This document shows positions 29,157-38,789 of a stretch of 64,000 nucleotides of DNA, one piece after another. How positions within the stretch are numbered: the stretch's first letter is position 1; each line of letters begins with the position of its first letter. This stretch comes from a virus. Under the pieces are notes generated by a model that had not been told where the DNA came from, ran no database searches, and saw nothing but the letters and a program-made list of their open reading frames with translations. The position numbers and the translations under genes are program-made. Where the stretch lies: positions 96,001 to 160,000 of IMG/VR virus record IMGVR_UViG_3300025150_000003; one strand, 5' to 3'.

Positions 29157-31579
29157 CAGGGTGTCACCACGACCGTTTTGGCTCCCAAACCCCATGTTGC
29201 AAAGGGGAGGTTGGTGAACGGCTCACGGGAACCTGCGCAGATGACGGGGCCGATGTCCAGGCCGTTGCCTGGGGAAGCCAACGTGATGACCGTCCCTGAC
29301 CGGATGGAGACCGGGCCATTGGACTCAATCTGCACCGCCACCAAACCTTTCATGACAGCGGCCCCCGCCGTCGCGTTGAGCTTGACGTTGCCCACCAGAG
29401 CATCAGCGGTGATACCCCCAGCTCCGATCTCGACGGAGTTCTGAAACGCCCGTGCTTTCCAGGTCCCGACCTCTGTCTCATAGGTCATGTTGCCAATGAG
29501 GATGCTGGTCTTGTGGTTGCCGAGCTTGAACGTCTCCTCACGGTCACCCATCTCATAGGTGACCTCCTCACAGACCACACCAGGGAAGTTCGGGGTGTAG
29601 CTCCGCTCGTGCAGAGCACCGTTGGTTGGGAGGAGATTCTTGGGGCCGGTGAAGTTGTCCACCCGCTTCCCGGTCACCGTGGACTTGTAGTCCTCCGTCG
29701 AGGAATGGATCTGCTTGGCCGATGTGATCTCCACCAGGTCATGGCCAATGGCCCGGACCACCTTGGCGTTCTCCTCGATCTCCTGCCCCTTGACGAGAAT
29801 CTTCTTCTCTGCCCGGAGACGAAGATTGGTCCGAGCATGGATGTCCACACTGGGGGTGGAACCACCCTCCCCACCCTGCGTACCTTGCAGCCGCTCCATC
29901 ACGGCTTCTTCATCCCGAGTGGGGCCACCACCATAGATGACCACAGGACCCAACTCACTACGGAGCCGGAGGCTGTCCTTGCTCAGGGTGCCCAGACGGA
30001 TGCCACCCTTGAGTTGCAGATCCAGCCCGCCGCCCATGGCCAAGCGCATCCCACCTGCAATGGCAGCATTCACCCCGTAGCCCGAGGTGTGGCCTGAGAT
30101 GCTGATGTTGACTTCCCCACGCTTGTTGACCGACCACCAGGTGGGAGGCATGTCCCCTTTCACAGGGGTCAACTTGAACAAGGTAGCAGCGTGCTGTCCC
30201 AGAGGTGTGCCACCACTCTGACCTGGAGCTGCAATCCGAGCAGGGAACATGCGGGGGCTCAGGCCCCCCATGCCATCGAACACCTGGGTGACCATCGGGA
30301 GGCCATACTGAGGGCGGCCTAGTTGCGTGAAAGGGTCATTCCCCACAACCGAGCCGAGCACCCACTCGATGAAGGGTTGGTTGCCACTGACCCCCGGTGT
30401 GCTCTGATCACTGTCTGGCAACCGCTCAGCGTCGAAACCATCCGTTTGCTCCGTCACGGGCAAACGACCATCCGAAGTGTGGGACACCTCAATTCGATGC
30501 TCGGTCAGGATAGAGGCACCAGGCAGCAACGTGGCGTTGTCTTGAGACCCCGGACCGATACGATAGAGGTTCTTGCCACCGTAGACCGCGTCGTTGAGGT
30601 GCCTGGAGTCGTAGGCAACGCCTTCCTCGTCGATGTATCCACCCGTGTGCAGGAACACGTAGGGATCCAGGTGCTTCGGGTAGGAGTAGACCGCTCCCGA
30701 AAGGTCCCCCTCTGGCCCGAAATTGCGAGCCAGCATCGGGTCAGGGGTCAGGTGGTTGTTGGGGTAGTTCTCGCTCAGAGGCAGGTCATTCTCGTGCAGC
30801 GGAGCCCCTGCGTAGGCCTGAATAGCCCCATCCCACGTGTGCCCATCGCTGAACATCGTCGTCGGCAGGCGAAGGGCATCCCGCTGCACCATTCCGGCAT
30901 AGGTTCGACTACCGGCAAGGGCAGTGAACTGCTGAAGTGCTCGGGTGACCACTGCCTGATCGGCATCCCGGAGTAGGATCTGGTTGCCACGACGGTTGGT
31001 CAGGAGCACATCCTCGTCGAGGACCAGGTCTGACCCCTGCGAACTGGAGGCCACGATGTTGCCCGGCTGGATGTGACGGAGCTTGTGGCGGATACGGTCG
31101 AAAATCCCGTGGATCTCCTCCTTGCTCCGACTCGTCCCGCCATCGTGCTCATCCTCGGTGAAGTTCGAGAGAGTCAGCCAATCCCGACCTGGCCACACAC
31201 CAGGCAGAACCCAAGTCAAGATGACCGGCGTGGCGGACCCACCCCACTTCTCCGAGGATTCCTGAGGCAACCAGCCAATGACGCAGTAGTCTCCGACCTC
31301 AGGCATCGCACCCAGGAAATGCCGTGTCCCTGCCCCGGGGTAGGTCAGAGGAACAGGCACCCGCTCGAACTCCTGCTCGGTGCCAATCACCGTGCGGAGG
31401 GTGACGTAGTGCTCCTCGTAGTCGATGGCGACCACGCGAGCCACACCCAGCCCCATGTTGCCACCCCGATCGGGGTTCATCTCATCAAGCTGCTTCTTCT
31501 TCGCGAAAGGTTGATTCTTGAGGTCTCCGCGATGCACACGCCCCAGGGTGTTCCAAGCTCGACCGAGTTCATCAGGCAT
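29156..31579 (-). CDS. Baseplate central spike, gp5/gpV/VgrG-like
   Basis: N-terminal ARVVAIDYEE...VPLTYPGAG...GAMPEVGDYCVIGW is an OB-fold pattern; C-terminus has short beta-strand repeats; follows the hub. Confidence 0.8.
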   Translation of the reverse strand: MPDELGRAWNTLGRVHRGDLKNQPFAKKKQLDEMNPDRGGNMGLGVARVVAIDYEEHYVTLRTVIGTEQEFERVPVPLTYPGAGTRHFLGAMPEVGDYCVIGWLPQESSEKWGGSATPVILTWVLPGVWPGRDWLTLSNFTEDEHDGGTSRSKEEIHGIFDRIRHKLRHIQPGNIVASSSQGSDLVLDEDVLLTNRRGNQILLRDADQAVVTRALQQFTALAGSRTYAGMVQRDALRLPTTMFSDGHTWDGAIQAYAGAPLHENDLPLSENYPNNHLTPDPMLARNFGPEGDLSGAVYSYPKHLDPYVFLHTGGYIDEEGVAYDSRHLNDAVYGGKNLYRIGPGSQDNATLLPGASILTEHRIEVSHTSDGRLPVTEQTDGFDAERLPDSDQSTPGVSGNQPFIEWVLGSVVGNDPFTQLGRPQYGLPMVTQVFDGMGGLSPRMFPARIAAPGQSGGTPLGQHAATLFKLTPVKGDMPPTWWSVNKRGEVNISISGHTSGYGVNAAIAGGMRLAMGGGLDLQLKGGIRLGTLSKDSLRLRSELGPVVIYGGGPTRDEEAVMERLQGTQGGEGGSTPSVDIHARTNLRLRAEKKILVKGQEIEENAKVVRAIGHDLVEITSAKQIHSSTEDYKSTVTGKRVDNFTGPKNLLPTNGALHERSYTPNFPGVVCEEVTYEMGDREETFKLGNHKTSILIGNMTYETEVGTWKARAFQNSVEIGAGGITADALVGNVKLNATAGAAVMKGLVAVQIESNGPVSIRSGTVITLASPGNGLDIGPVICAGSREPFTNLPFATWGLGAKTVVVTP

Positions 31580-34500
31580 TAGTTATCCTCCCCAGTGAGT
31601 TCCCCAACCCGTCGCTCGAACTCGGCACTAGCCGCCGAAAGAGCACTATCACTAGGCCCCGTGGAGTCGGTGAACGCATCGGCCAACTGCTTGACGATGA
31701 AGCTCCCTCCCCGGTCCATCACCTGCCCTCGAAGAGCCTGCTGCTGTTGCTGCCACCCGGAAGCGGCCTGTGCAGCCGTGTGAGCCACCCATCTGGACCC
31801 CTCATCCGCAGGGTCCTCACCCAGCCCCTCGTGCTGCGGAGAGCCTCCCTGTGAGAACTGGAGGAAGTCCTCTTGCCCGAAGGCCACCAGGTGGATGTCG
31901 GCCTCCGCTGCCTTGCAATCGCAAACGTGGCCAGCCTGCTGAAGATTCATGTCGGCGAGAGAGTAGGCCGCGTTGATGACTGGGATCTTCTGGATCCCAT
32001 CCAAGGTCTTGTCCGCGAAGATATTTGCCAACGAGAACTGAAGTTGGCTCGCGTCACCGTCACCCTTGAGCAAGAACCCATAGTCGAGGATCTGCTTGTC
32101 GGTGAGACCTCGGCCTCGAAGTTGAGAAATCAACTCATCGTTCAAATACTTGGCTGCTGCTGGACCCTCTAGTGTCACGGTCTCCGATACGGGTCCGGTC
32201 TTCTTCACCCCGGCCACCGTCTGAGTCTTGTAGCCTGGGACCTTGATCACTCCGTTGCCCTTGTTCTGCACGAAGAACTGGAGGATCATCTCCACCAGGG
32301 TCTTGTCGAGCATACTGAAGATGTCCAGCTTGTGGATCTGGTCGAAGACCCCGTCAGGTTCGATGCTCACCCCACGCCCGTAGCGGTAGTTGCCGATAAC
32401 CTCGTAGCCCGCTGCATCCGACACCGGGAACACCGGACTGAAACTCGTGTCCCGTGCTGTGTGCCGGACGATCTTCTTGACGGTGTTGCTGGCTGCCACC
32501 GCTACACCAAAAAGGCTACTGATCTGTCCATCGACTACAGCCTGCACAGGACCCCAATCCTCTTTCTTTCCCCCTGCTGCTTCGAAGGTTTTTAGGGATG
32601 ACCGTCGAAGCGACTCCATCCCATTGACGAAACTCTGAGCAAGTACCTCTGAGATCGTGGCGGACACCCCAACGAGGGTTGCCGTGGAACCCCCAGCCCC
32701 CAAAGTGATCCCACCGGTTTTCCCACCATAGTTCAGCGAACCGAAAGTTGCGTCCTTCGGGACCTGAGCTTTGTAGATCGTCACAGAGCTAGGGAAAGAC
32801 GGCATCGAACCAAAGGTGATAGGCTTGCCATTCAGTTGGTTGGAAGCCTGAAGTGCCATCACCTTTACGGCATCATTGATCTCCCCCGCCCAAGATGTCC
32901 AAAGAGGCCCAAAAATGCTTTCGATTGTGTCAGAGGGGGATGGGCTAGCCTGGATGAACAAACTGCTCACCTTGGAACGCACTGCCTTACCCAGGGTCCC
33001 GATGTTCGTGGTGGGGGCGTTGTTCACGCTCTGCTTGACGATGGTCACCGGCTGGACACTGAACATCAGCTCCAAGATGTCGCTGGTCGCCATCGACTGG
33101 CCCATCGGGAACTCCGAGTTGCTGTTGAGCACTCGAATGCCCTTCGTGGGCTTGCCCTTGACCAACTTTGCCTCCACCTTCACCGCCGAAGGATCATCCG
33201 AGTAGGGATCCTTGGCATACATCAGGATCTCGGGTGCTGTGCCATCCAAGTCCGCAGGGGGTCCATCCACCACCAGGGTCTTGCTACTCGTGTCATACTC
33301 CACCACCTTCGGACCCTGATGCTCCTCCTTGGGGTGCGAAGCGGAGTAGTAGCGGTAACTACCGGGTTGGCTGCCGTCCGAGAAGGTCGCTTTCTTGTCA
33401 GAGAGCATGTCCAGCAGATTGATGGTGCTGCTCAGGTCACCCCGTCCTGAAAAACTGGCGCTGGTCCGGTACTTGGCACCCACCTGGTTGAGCATGTCGA
33501 GCAAGAAGGCAACACCCTGCTGCTTGCCATCAGCGGGGTCCTTCCATCCCTCCTCCAGAGCCAGCCGTTTGCCGTTGATCTCGGCTGCCAGGTCGTCTAG
33601 GGCTGCTTCCTGAACCGCAATCTGCGCCGTCAGCTTTTCGATCTGTGTGATGGTCCCGGCCTTCTCCCTGTTTTGCCCGGAGGCCAACTCGGACCGGTGC
33701 GACTGCAACTGAAGAATCTGCCCCTGCAAATCCTGCAACGTTCGCTCAGAAGCCTTCCGAGCGTCCGCGCTCTGGCTGAGGAGAGTCCCGTAGTTACGGG
33801 CCTCCGCGACGATATTGAATGCTCGATCCAGGGGGATGTCGTTCGCCTTCAAGAACGGGTCAATCAGGTCCTTGGGTTTAGTCGCCTGACCCTCGAAATC
33901 ATCCATCTGGAAGAAGAACAGCACCTTGATCTGCTGAGAGCTATCCCCTCCCGTGCTGAACTTCGTGTTGAACACATAGACCGAGGTGCCACCCTCCCCG
34001 GTGTCCTGCTTCTGCACCAGCCCCATGGACTCCCCGATCTTGAGGATGTAGCGGATGACACGGAGGTCACTCAGGTCTTCCAGGTCACTGCCCACCACGA
34101 AGAACAAAGGGTTGATCTCCGTGGGGTCCAGAGCCATCACCACGTTCGGGAACCCGCTCAGCCGAGGATGATTCTCTTGGTCAAGGACCCGCAACGGGCG
34201 CTCGGGCAGGATGGTGTTGCCCAGGTCAATGTCCTCAATCCCGTTGGAGACACCATTGCCCACCCGACTCGCAGGATGCCCAGGGGCATAGAACTTCGCA
34301 CGCTTCCCCACGAGCTGGAGACTCGTCGTGCACTGGCCACCAACAGCGTGTGAATGTGCGAAGCTGTTGCAATAGTAGAAGCAGTCCAGATAGGGGATGT
34401 AGACGGGGAACCCTGGCCGCAGTTCAGGCCGGACAGGGATGGTCAGGGATGCCGTCTTGACGGCGATGTTCATCACGTCCATGCGGTTCACAGCCGCAAA

Positions 34501-36789
34501 GAACATCGACTTCGAGTCGTTGAAGTAGGCCGTCTCCAGAGAGCCAGGTCGCCAGCCGTACTGGGCCACCAGCTTGTAGTCGATGAACTGACCCCGCACC
34601 CCCCACTCGTTTTCTAGCCCGGTCCCACCAATGTTCTTGATCTGGCTCCCCTTGCAGGTCATGTAGGTGACCTGTGGTTCCTTCTCGATGAAGGAGATGT
34701 TGATGATGTCAATGTCCTCGATGCGGTAGACCCGAGACTTACTGGTGTCCAGGTTCCACATCGGCGGCTTGAACACGAAGTCCCCATCGACGTCCTGATA
34801 GAACTCGAACCCAGTGATACCCATCACCTTCTCGGCGACCTCCATCTTGGTCTCGTAGGAGGACTCGAAAAGGTTGACCTGACCCCAGTTGCCGATGTTC
34901 GAGACGAATGCCTGCATCTCGACGATGTTGATCTCGAACTTCGGGGTGTTGGTCTGTCCATCACCCTTGCTACGATCTCCAAAGGACGTGGCATCCCCGG
35001 CCTGCTTCTGGTCAGCCGAGAGCCTCTTGTATGTCAGATCGTCCTTAGCCTTCTTCGCCGCCTCCTTCGCCTTGCGGATAGACGCCGAGAAGAACCCCAC
35101 GGACTCAGCCTCGTTGGTGATCGGCAGGGTCGCCGACTCCTTGGGGTCATTGTAGCGACCGCGCATCAACCTCAGAATGTTCGCCGAAGATGTTCTGCTC
35201 AGCCAAGCCGCCGTCATCGTCGAGAACAAGTCCCCCGTGGCCCCGTGCATCCGCAACCGCGTGTGGTTGTTCGCGAACCTCCGCTCCCAGTACCGGATGT
35301 TCAGCGAGAACAGGGACTCACCCCCGACCTCGGTCACGGCCGCCTGATTGCTCTTGCCCGCCAGTGCCCAACCCACACCACCAGCCGCCCCCACCATGTC
35401 GTGGAACAGGGTGTACATGATGGCATAGGGGTGCATCCCCGTGAAGTTGTGGCCCACCAGGCTCATCTTGAGCTTCGAGTTGGTCGGCCGAGCACCGAAC
35501 ACCGAGGCGTTCGTGCTCATGTTATGGTACGCCCAGAAATGCAGCATCGACGAACAGTTGACCGAGACGGTGTTCACACCACCGGAGTAGCTGTGAGTCA
35601 CCTCCGTCACGACCCCATGAAACACGTGGTAGTACGGATAGGCCAGGGTGTTCTCGATACCAAGCCCTGCGAGTCCCATCTCACCCAGTAGGGAGGGGCC
35701 TGTCTGTGCAACATCGGCCGCGTTGACGTTGGCCGGAATGAAGCCAGGAGTGGCTTCCACCTGGACCTCCGCCACCTGAGACTTCACCTCCTGGGCCACC
35801 TGGGCGCTGAACCTCTTGTTCGCCCAACTGTCTCCGAACTGCTGCCCGCCCACGGCAGTGCGGTACTCCAGGTGTCTCCCTTTTGCATTACCAAGGGCTG
35901 ACAAGTAGAACCGAGAGTACATCTCCTTGGGGGAAATCCGGGTATCGCGGAACTTGCTCCCGTATCTTGCAGCCGCACTAGCAATCCGCGCAGAACAGAT
36001 GACGGGGTCCTGCCCATCGTAGTATCTGTCAGGGAACTTCGTGGCTATTTCATGGGAACCTGCAGCCCGGCCATCCATGAAATAGTCCACAGGGCAACCC
36101 AGGCCATTCGGGCAAGACAACTGGAACAGACCCGTTGCCCCACCTATAGACCCAGTCTCGTCTGAAGGCTTAGATTCGGCCGTCGCCGTCCAGTTACTCT
36201 CGAACTGAGCTTGGTTTACGGCCGCCAACCCGAAGGACGCCGGGAATCCGGCATCCGTCATGGTCTTGTAGATGATCTCGACGTTCTCCCGCTGCGAAGC
36301 GGACAAGGGCTTACCCTCAAACGTCAACCCATCAAAAAGGCGCTCAATCGTAGGGGGGATCGGCTTAACCAGAAGTGGATCCGTCCCAAAGCTAGCCTGA
36401 CTAGGGGACAGCGTAGAGCCGACGATCTCGTTGACCACCTTGGGCTCAGCCAGATGCTTGTAGAGCCCGGCCACGGGGAAGTAGCCCCGCATGTAGACGT
36501 GGACCTCCAGCCCCGGCCGGAGCAGGAACTTGGCATCACGAGCGAAAGAATCCGTGTGGTGCAGAGGGATGGACAGGGAGAAAGTTGCTGAGGCTCCGCC
36601 TGGTTCCGTCCCAGCATCCACCGAGACCTCGGTCAAGAACTGCTGGATGTCGATCTTGCCACTGCACTTCGAGCAACCGGGCAGCGCCGTGTCCCCGTTG
36701 AGATAGACCAAGGCATCGGGCGTGTGCTGAACCAGCTCACGACCATTGAGCTGCCAGGTGCCCACATAGGGACGGGATTCGATGCCCAC
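31579..36789 (-). CDS. Baseplate hub protein (gp27/gpD-like) with inserted lysozyme-like domain
   Basis: 1736 aa; VFHGVVTEVTHSYS, GFEFYQDVDGDFVFKPP and SLTIPVRPELRPGFPVYI are hub-type motifs; insert contains AAVNQAQFESNW...GATGLFQL. Confidence 0.75.
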   Translation of the reverse strand: MGIESRPYVGTWQLNGRELVQHTPDALVYLNGDTALPGCSKCSGKIDIQQFLTEVSVDAGTEPGGASATFSLSIPLHHTDSFARDAKFLLRPGLEVHVYMRGYFPVAGLYKHLAEPKVVNEIVGSTLSPSQASFGTDPLLVKPIPPTIERLFDGLTFEGKPLSASQRENVEIIYKTMTDAGFPASFGLAAVNQAQFESNWTATAESKPSDETGSIGGATGLFQLSCPNGLGCPVDYFMDGRAAGSHEIATKFPDRYYDGQDPVICSARIASAAARYGSKFRDTRISPKEMYSRFYLSALGNAKGRHLEYRTAVGGQQFGDSWANKRFSAQVAQEVKSQVAEVQVEATPGFIPANVNAADVAQTGPSLLGEMGLAGLGIENTLAYPYYHVFHGVVTEVTHSYSGGVNTVSVNCSSMLHFWAYHNMSTNASVFGARPTNSKLKMSLVGHNFTGMHPYAIMYTLFHDMVGAAGGVGWALAGKSNQAAVTEVGGESLFSLNIRYWERRFANNHTRLRMHGATGDLFSTMTAAWLSRTSSANILRLMRGRYNDPKESATLPITNEAESVGFFSASIRKAKEAAKKAKDDLTYKRLSADQKQAGDATSFGDRSKGDGQTNTPKFEINIVEMQAFVSNIGNWGQVNLFESSYETKMEVAEKVMGITGFEFYQDVDGDFVFKPPMWNLDTSKSRVYRIEDIDIINISFIEKEPQVTYMTCKGSQIKNIGGTGLENEWGVRGQFIDYKLVAQYGWRPGSLETAYFNDSKSMFFAAVNRMDVMNIAVKTASLTIPVRPELRPGFPVYIPYLDCFYYCNSFAHSHAVGGQCTTSLQLVGKRAKFYAPGHPASRVGNGVSNGIEDIDLGNTILPERPLRVLDQENHPRLSGFPNVVMALDPTEINPLFFVVGSDLEDLSDLRVIRYILKIGESMGLVQKQDTGEGGTSVYVFNTKFSTGGDSSQQIKVLFFFQMDDFEGQATKPKDLIDPFLKANDIPLDRAFNIVAEARNYGTLLSQSADARKASERTLQDLQGQILQLQSHRSELASGQNREKAGTITQIEKLTAQIAVQEAALDDLAAEINGKRLALEEGWKDPADGKQQGVAFLLDMLNQVGAKYRTSASFSGRGDLSSTINLLDMLSDKKATFSDGSQPGSYRYYSASHPKEEHQGPKVVEYDTSSKTLVVDGPPADLDGTAPEILMYAKDPYSDDPSAVKVEAKLVKGKPTKGIRVLNSNSEFPMGQSMATSDILELMFSVQPVTIVKQSVNNAPTTNIGTLGKAVRSKVSSLFIQASPSPSDTIESIFGPLWTSWAGEINDAVKVMALQASNQLNGKPITFGSMPSFPSSVTIYKAQVPKDATFGSLNYGGKTGGITLGAGGSTATLVGVSATISEVLAQSFVNGMESLRRSSLKTFEAAGGKKEDWGPVQAVVDGQISSLFGVAVAASNTVKKIVRHTARDTSFSPVFPVSDAAGYEVIGNYRYGRGVSIEPDGVFDQIHKLDIFSMLDKTLVEMILQFFVQNKGNGVIKVPGYKTQTVAGVKKTGPVSETVTLEGPAAAKYLNDELISQLRGRGLTDKQILDYGFLLKGDGDASQLQFSLANIFADKTLDGIQKIPVINAAYSLADMNLQQAGHVCDCKAAEADIHLVAFGQEDFLQFSQGGSPQHEGLGEDPADEGSRWVAHTAAQAASGWQQQQQALRGQVMDRGGSFIVKQLADAFTDSTGPSDSALSAASAEFERRVGELTGEDN

Positions 36790-36792
36790 GGA

Positions 36793-38058
36793 CTACCTCC
36801 CAAACCGGAACGGGGACAAGGTGCGTTCGGCCTGGTCCACTACCGCAGCCGCTGCAGTTGCCCCCACGAAGCCTCCTGTGGACTTCGGGGGCACTAGACC
36901 CGCTACGCCATCTGGCCCTCCAACCGAATTGTCCCCAGTGCTCGGAAGGGCTCGGTTCTCCCTCCCGTGATAGCGGGGGTCTGATGCCGATGGGATGGGG
37001 GAACGCATCGGGGTGACGACCATGGACTGCTTGCTGGTGTCCACCATCGCATTGACCGTGAACTCCAGGTCGAAGGTCACACCACCATTCTGAGTCCCCT
37101 CCTCCAGGGTGTAGGTGAAGGACTCCATGTTACCGTAGTAGACCCAGCCATCGTAGTGAATGCTCAACGCTCCCACCATGTGCATCGCGTTCGACTTGCC
37201 CACGGTGTCGTAGATGTAGCCGTTGTGTCGATAGAACTGATACGCCGTCTGGAAGTTCTGCCAGGCGGCGGAATCCCTCCGGCTCGCAAACTGAACGCCA
37301 CGCCCCCCCGACATGAACGCCCCGCACTTGGCCGATACCGTCAGCCGAGGCTGCTCCTCTCCCCATGCCTGGAACACGAAACCATAGCGTGTCCGGTCAC
37401 TGAACTGCTGGATCTTCGTGTAGCTCATTGCGAGGGACTGCGGGTTGATCAGCAGGATGAGAGGTGGGGTGTTCACGAGCGCCCGAAGCTGCATCGTGAT
37501 GTCCACTGCCGTCTGGAGATCCGCCAGAGCCGGGGTGCCAATCCTCGTTGGCCCCAGGTCCCCTCGGTCTACAGAGACCGTGCCTACCTGCCCCCCACCT
37601 GGTGCCCTGTGCATGAACCCATTGCTAATGTAGCTGTCCACGGAGCCCGCATTCGAGAGCTGTGACCCTGCGGGGATGTCCATCTTGATGCGGTTGCGTG
37701 CTGCGTTGAAGGCCTTGGGGGCACCGCTGTGCCCCCCATCGAACATCCCCGCGTAGTCCTTCTTGCCCCCATAGACCTCGGGGGACCCCTCCATGATGAG
37801 CGGAGGCTCCACCTGAATCATGAAGGGGCTCAGCGTCCGCAGCAGATCCTTGCTACCGTCGATGGCTGGCGTCTGGTTGGCCTCATACTCCAACCCGAAG
37901 TCTGGCCCCTGTCGCAACCCGTTGTAAGCCCCTGGTGATGGCGGGGACTCCAACTGAGACGTGGTCACGTCTGGTTGGTAGCCCGAGCCCTCAGGAGGGT
38001 TGCCCTTGGATGAGAACCGGGAAGCGGAGCCCCTCTGAACTTTGCCCCAGACAGCCAT
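36793..38058 (-). CDS. Tube-like baseplate initiator protein (T4 gp48/gp54-like)
   Basis: LLINPQSLAMSYTK...QAWGEE...YRHNGYIYD...YYGNMESFTYT...FDLEFTV; paralogous to the neighbouring gene; lies between tape measure and hub. Confidence 0.7.
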   Translation of the reverse strand: MAVWGKVQRGSASRFSSKGNPPEGSGYQPDVTTSQLESPPSPGAYNGLRQGPDFGLEYEANQTPAIDGSKDLLRTLSPFMIQVEPPLIMEGSPEVYGGKKDYAGMFDGGHSGAPKAFNAARNRIKMDIPAGSQLSNAGSVDSYISNGFMHRAPGGGQVGTVSVDRGDLGPTRIGTPALADLQTAVDITMQLRALVNTPPLILLINPQSLAMSYTKIQQFSDRTRYGFVFQAWGEEQPRLTVSAKCGAFMSGGRGVQFASRRDSAAWQNFQTAYQFYRHNGYIYDTVGKSNAMHMVGALSIHYDGWVYYGNMESFTYTLEEGTQNGGVTFDLEFTVNAMVDTSKQSMVVTPMRSPIPSASDPRYHGRENRALPSTGDNSVGGPDGVAGLVPPKSTGGFVGATAAAAVVDQAERTLSPFRFGR

Positions 38059-38786
38059 CAGGTTCCTCCCCCGCCAACGTCATTGTTGGCCTTGGACTTG
38101 CCAAGATCACCCCAAGCCTGGCCGATCAGACCGATCCCGTCCGCGACGTTGGCCGAGGGCTGGGTGAAGTTCCCGATGGAACCCGAGGGAGCACTATTCG
38201 TGCGGATGCGGAGAACCTCATGGGCCACGGTGAACTCCGCTGTCAGGTCGAACTGGTAGGGCTTCTCGGCGGCCTCCCCGACTGTGAAAGTCTGGAACCA
38301 GCCGAGATAGACCCCTCCGTCGAACGTGATCTTGATGATCCCCTGGAAGACGATCTGGCCCGTGGAGTCGTAGATGCTCCCGTTGTTGTGAAACAGGGCC
38401 AGCATGTCGAGGAACTTGTCGTAGGCGATAGTCTCTCGCCGGGTGCCCTCGGTGTCAAAACCACCACCTGTGACGTTTGAAAGCCCCGTGTAGAGCCTCT
38501 TGAACCCGCCTGTGGCCATGTTGAACGAGATGGCCCGTGCAGCCTCGCCCCAGTGCTGCTCGACGAACCCGCCCTTCGTCTGGATACGCTCCGTTTGCTT
38601 GGAGTAGTTCATCCCCATCGACGACGGGTTGACATGCAGGACCATCCTCACGTCCGCAGGCAGGATGCTGGTCGAGAGGTCCGGGCCAAGGATGTCGAAC
38701 ACCACCGGTCGCACGCCCTGGCCGTTGAACTCGTCATCAGCCGAGACAAACGCGCTCTTGAAGACTGGGGTGCGGTCCTTGGGCAT
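38058..38786 (-). CDS. Tube-like baseplate initiator protein (T4 gp48/gp54-like)
   Basis: LHVNPSSMGMNYSK...QHWGE...FHNNGSIYD...YLGWFQTFTV...LTAEFTV. Confidence 0.7.
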   Translation of the reverse strand: MPKDRTPVFKSAFVSADDEFNGQGVRPVVFDILGPDLSTSILPADVRMVLHVNPSSMGMNYSKQTERIQTKGGFVEQHWGEAARAISFNMATGGFKRLYTGLSNVTGGGFDTEGTRRETIAYDKFLDMLALFHNNGSIYDSTGQIVFQGIIKITFDGGVYLGWFQTFTVGEAAEKPYQFDLTAEFTVAHEVLRIRTNSAPSGSIGNFTQPSANVADGIGLIGQAWGDLGKSKANNDVGGGGT

Positions 38787-38789
38787 GGC

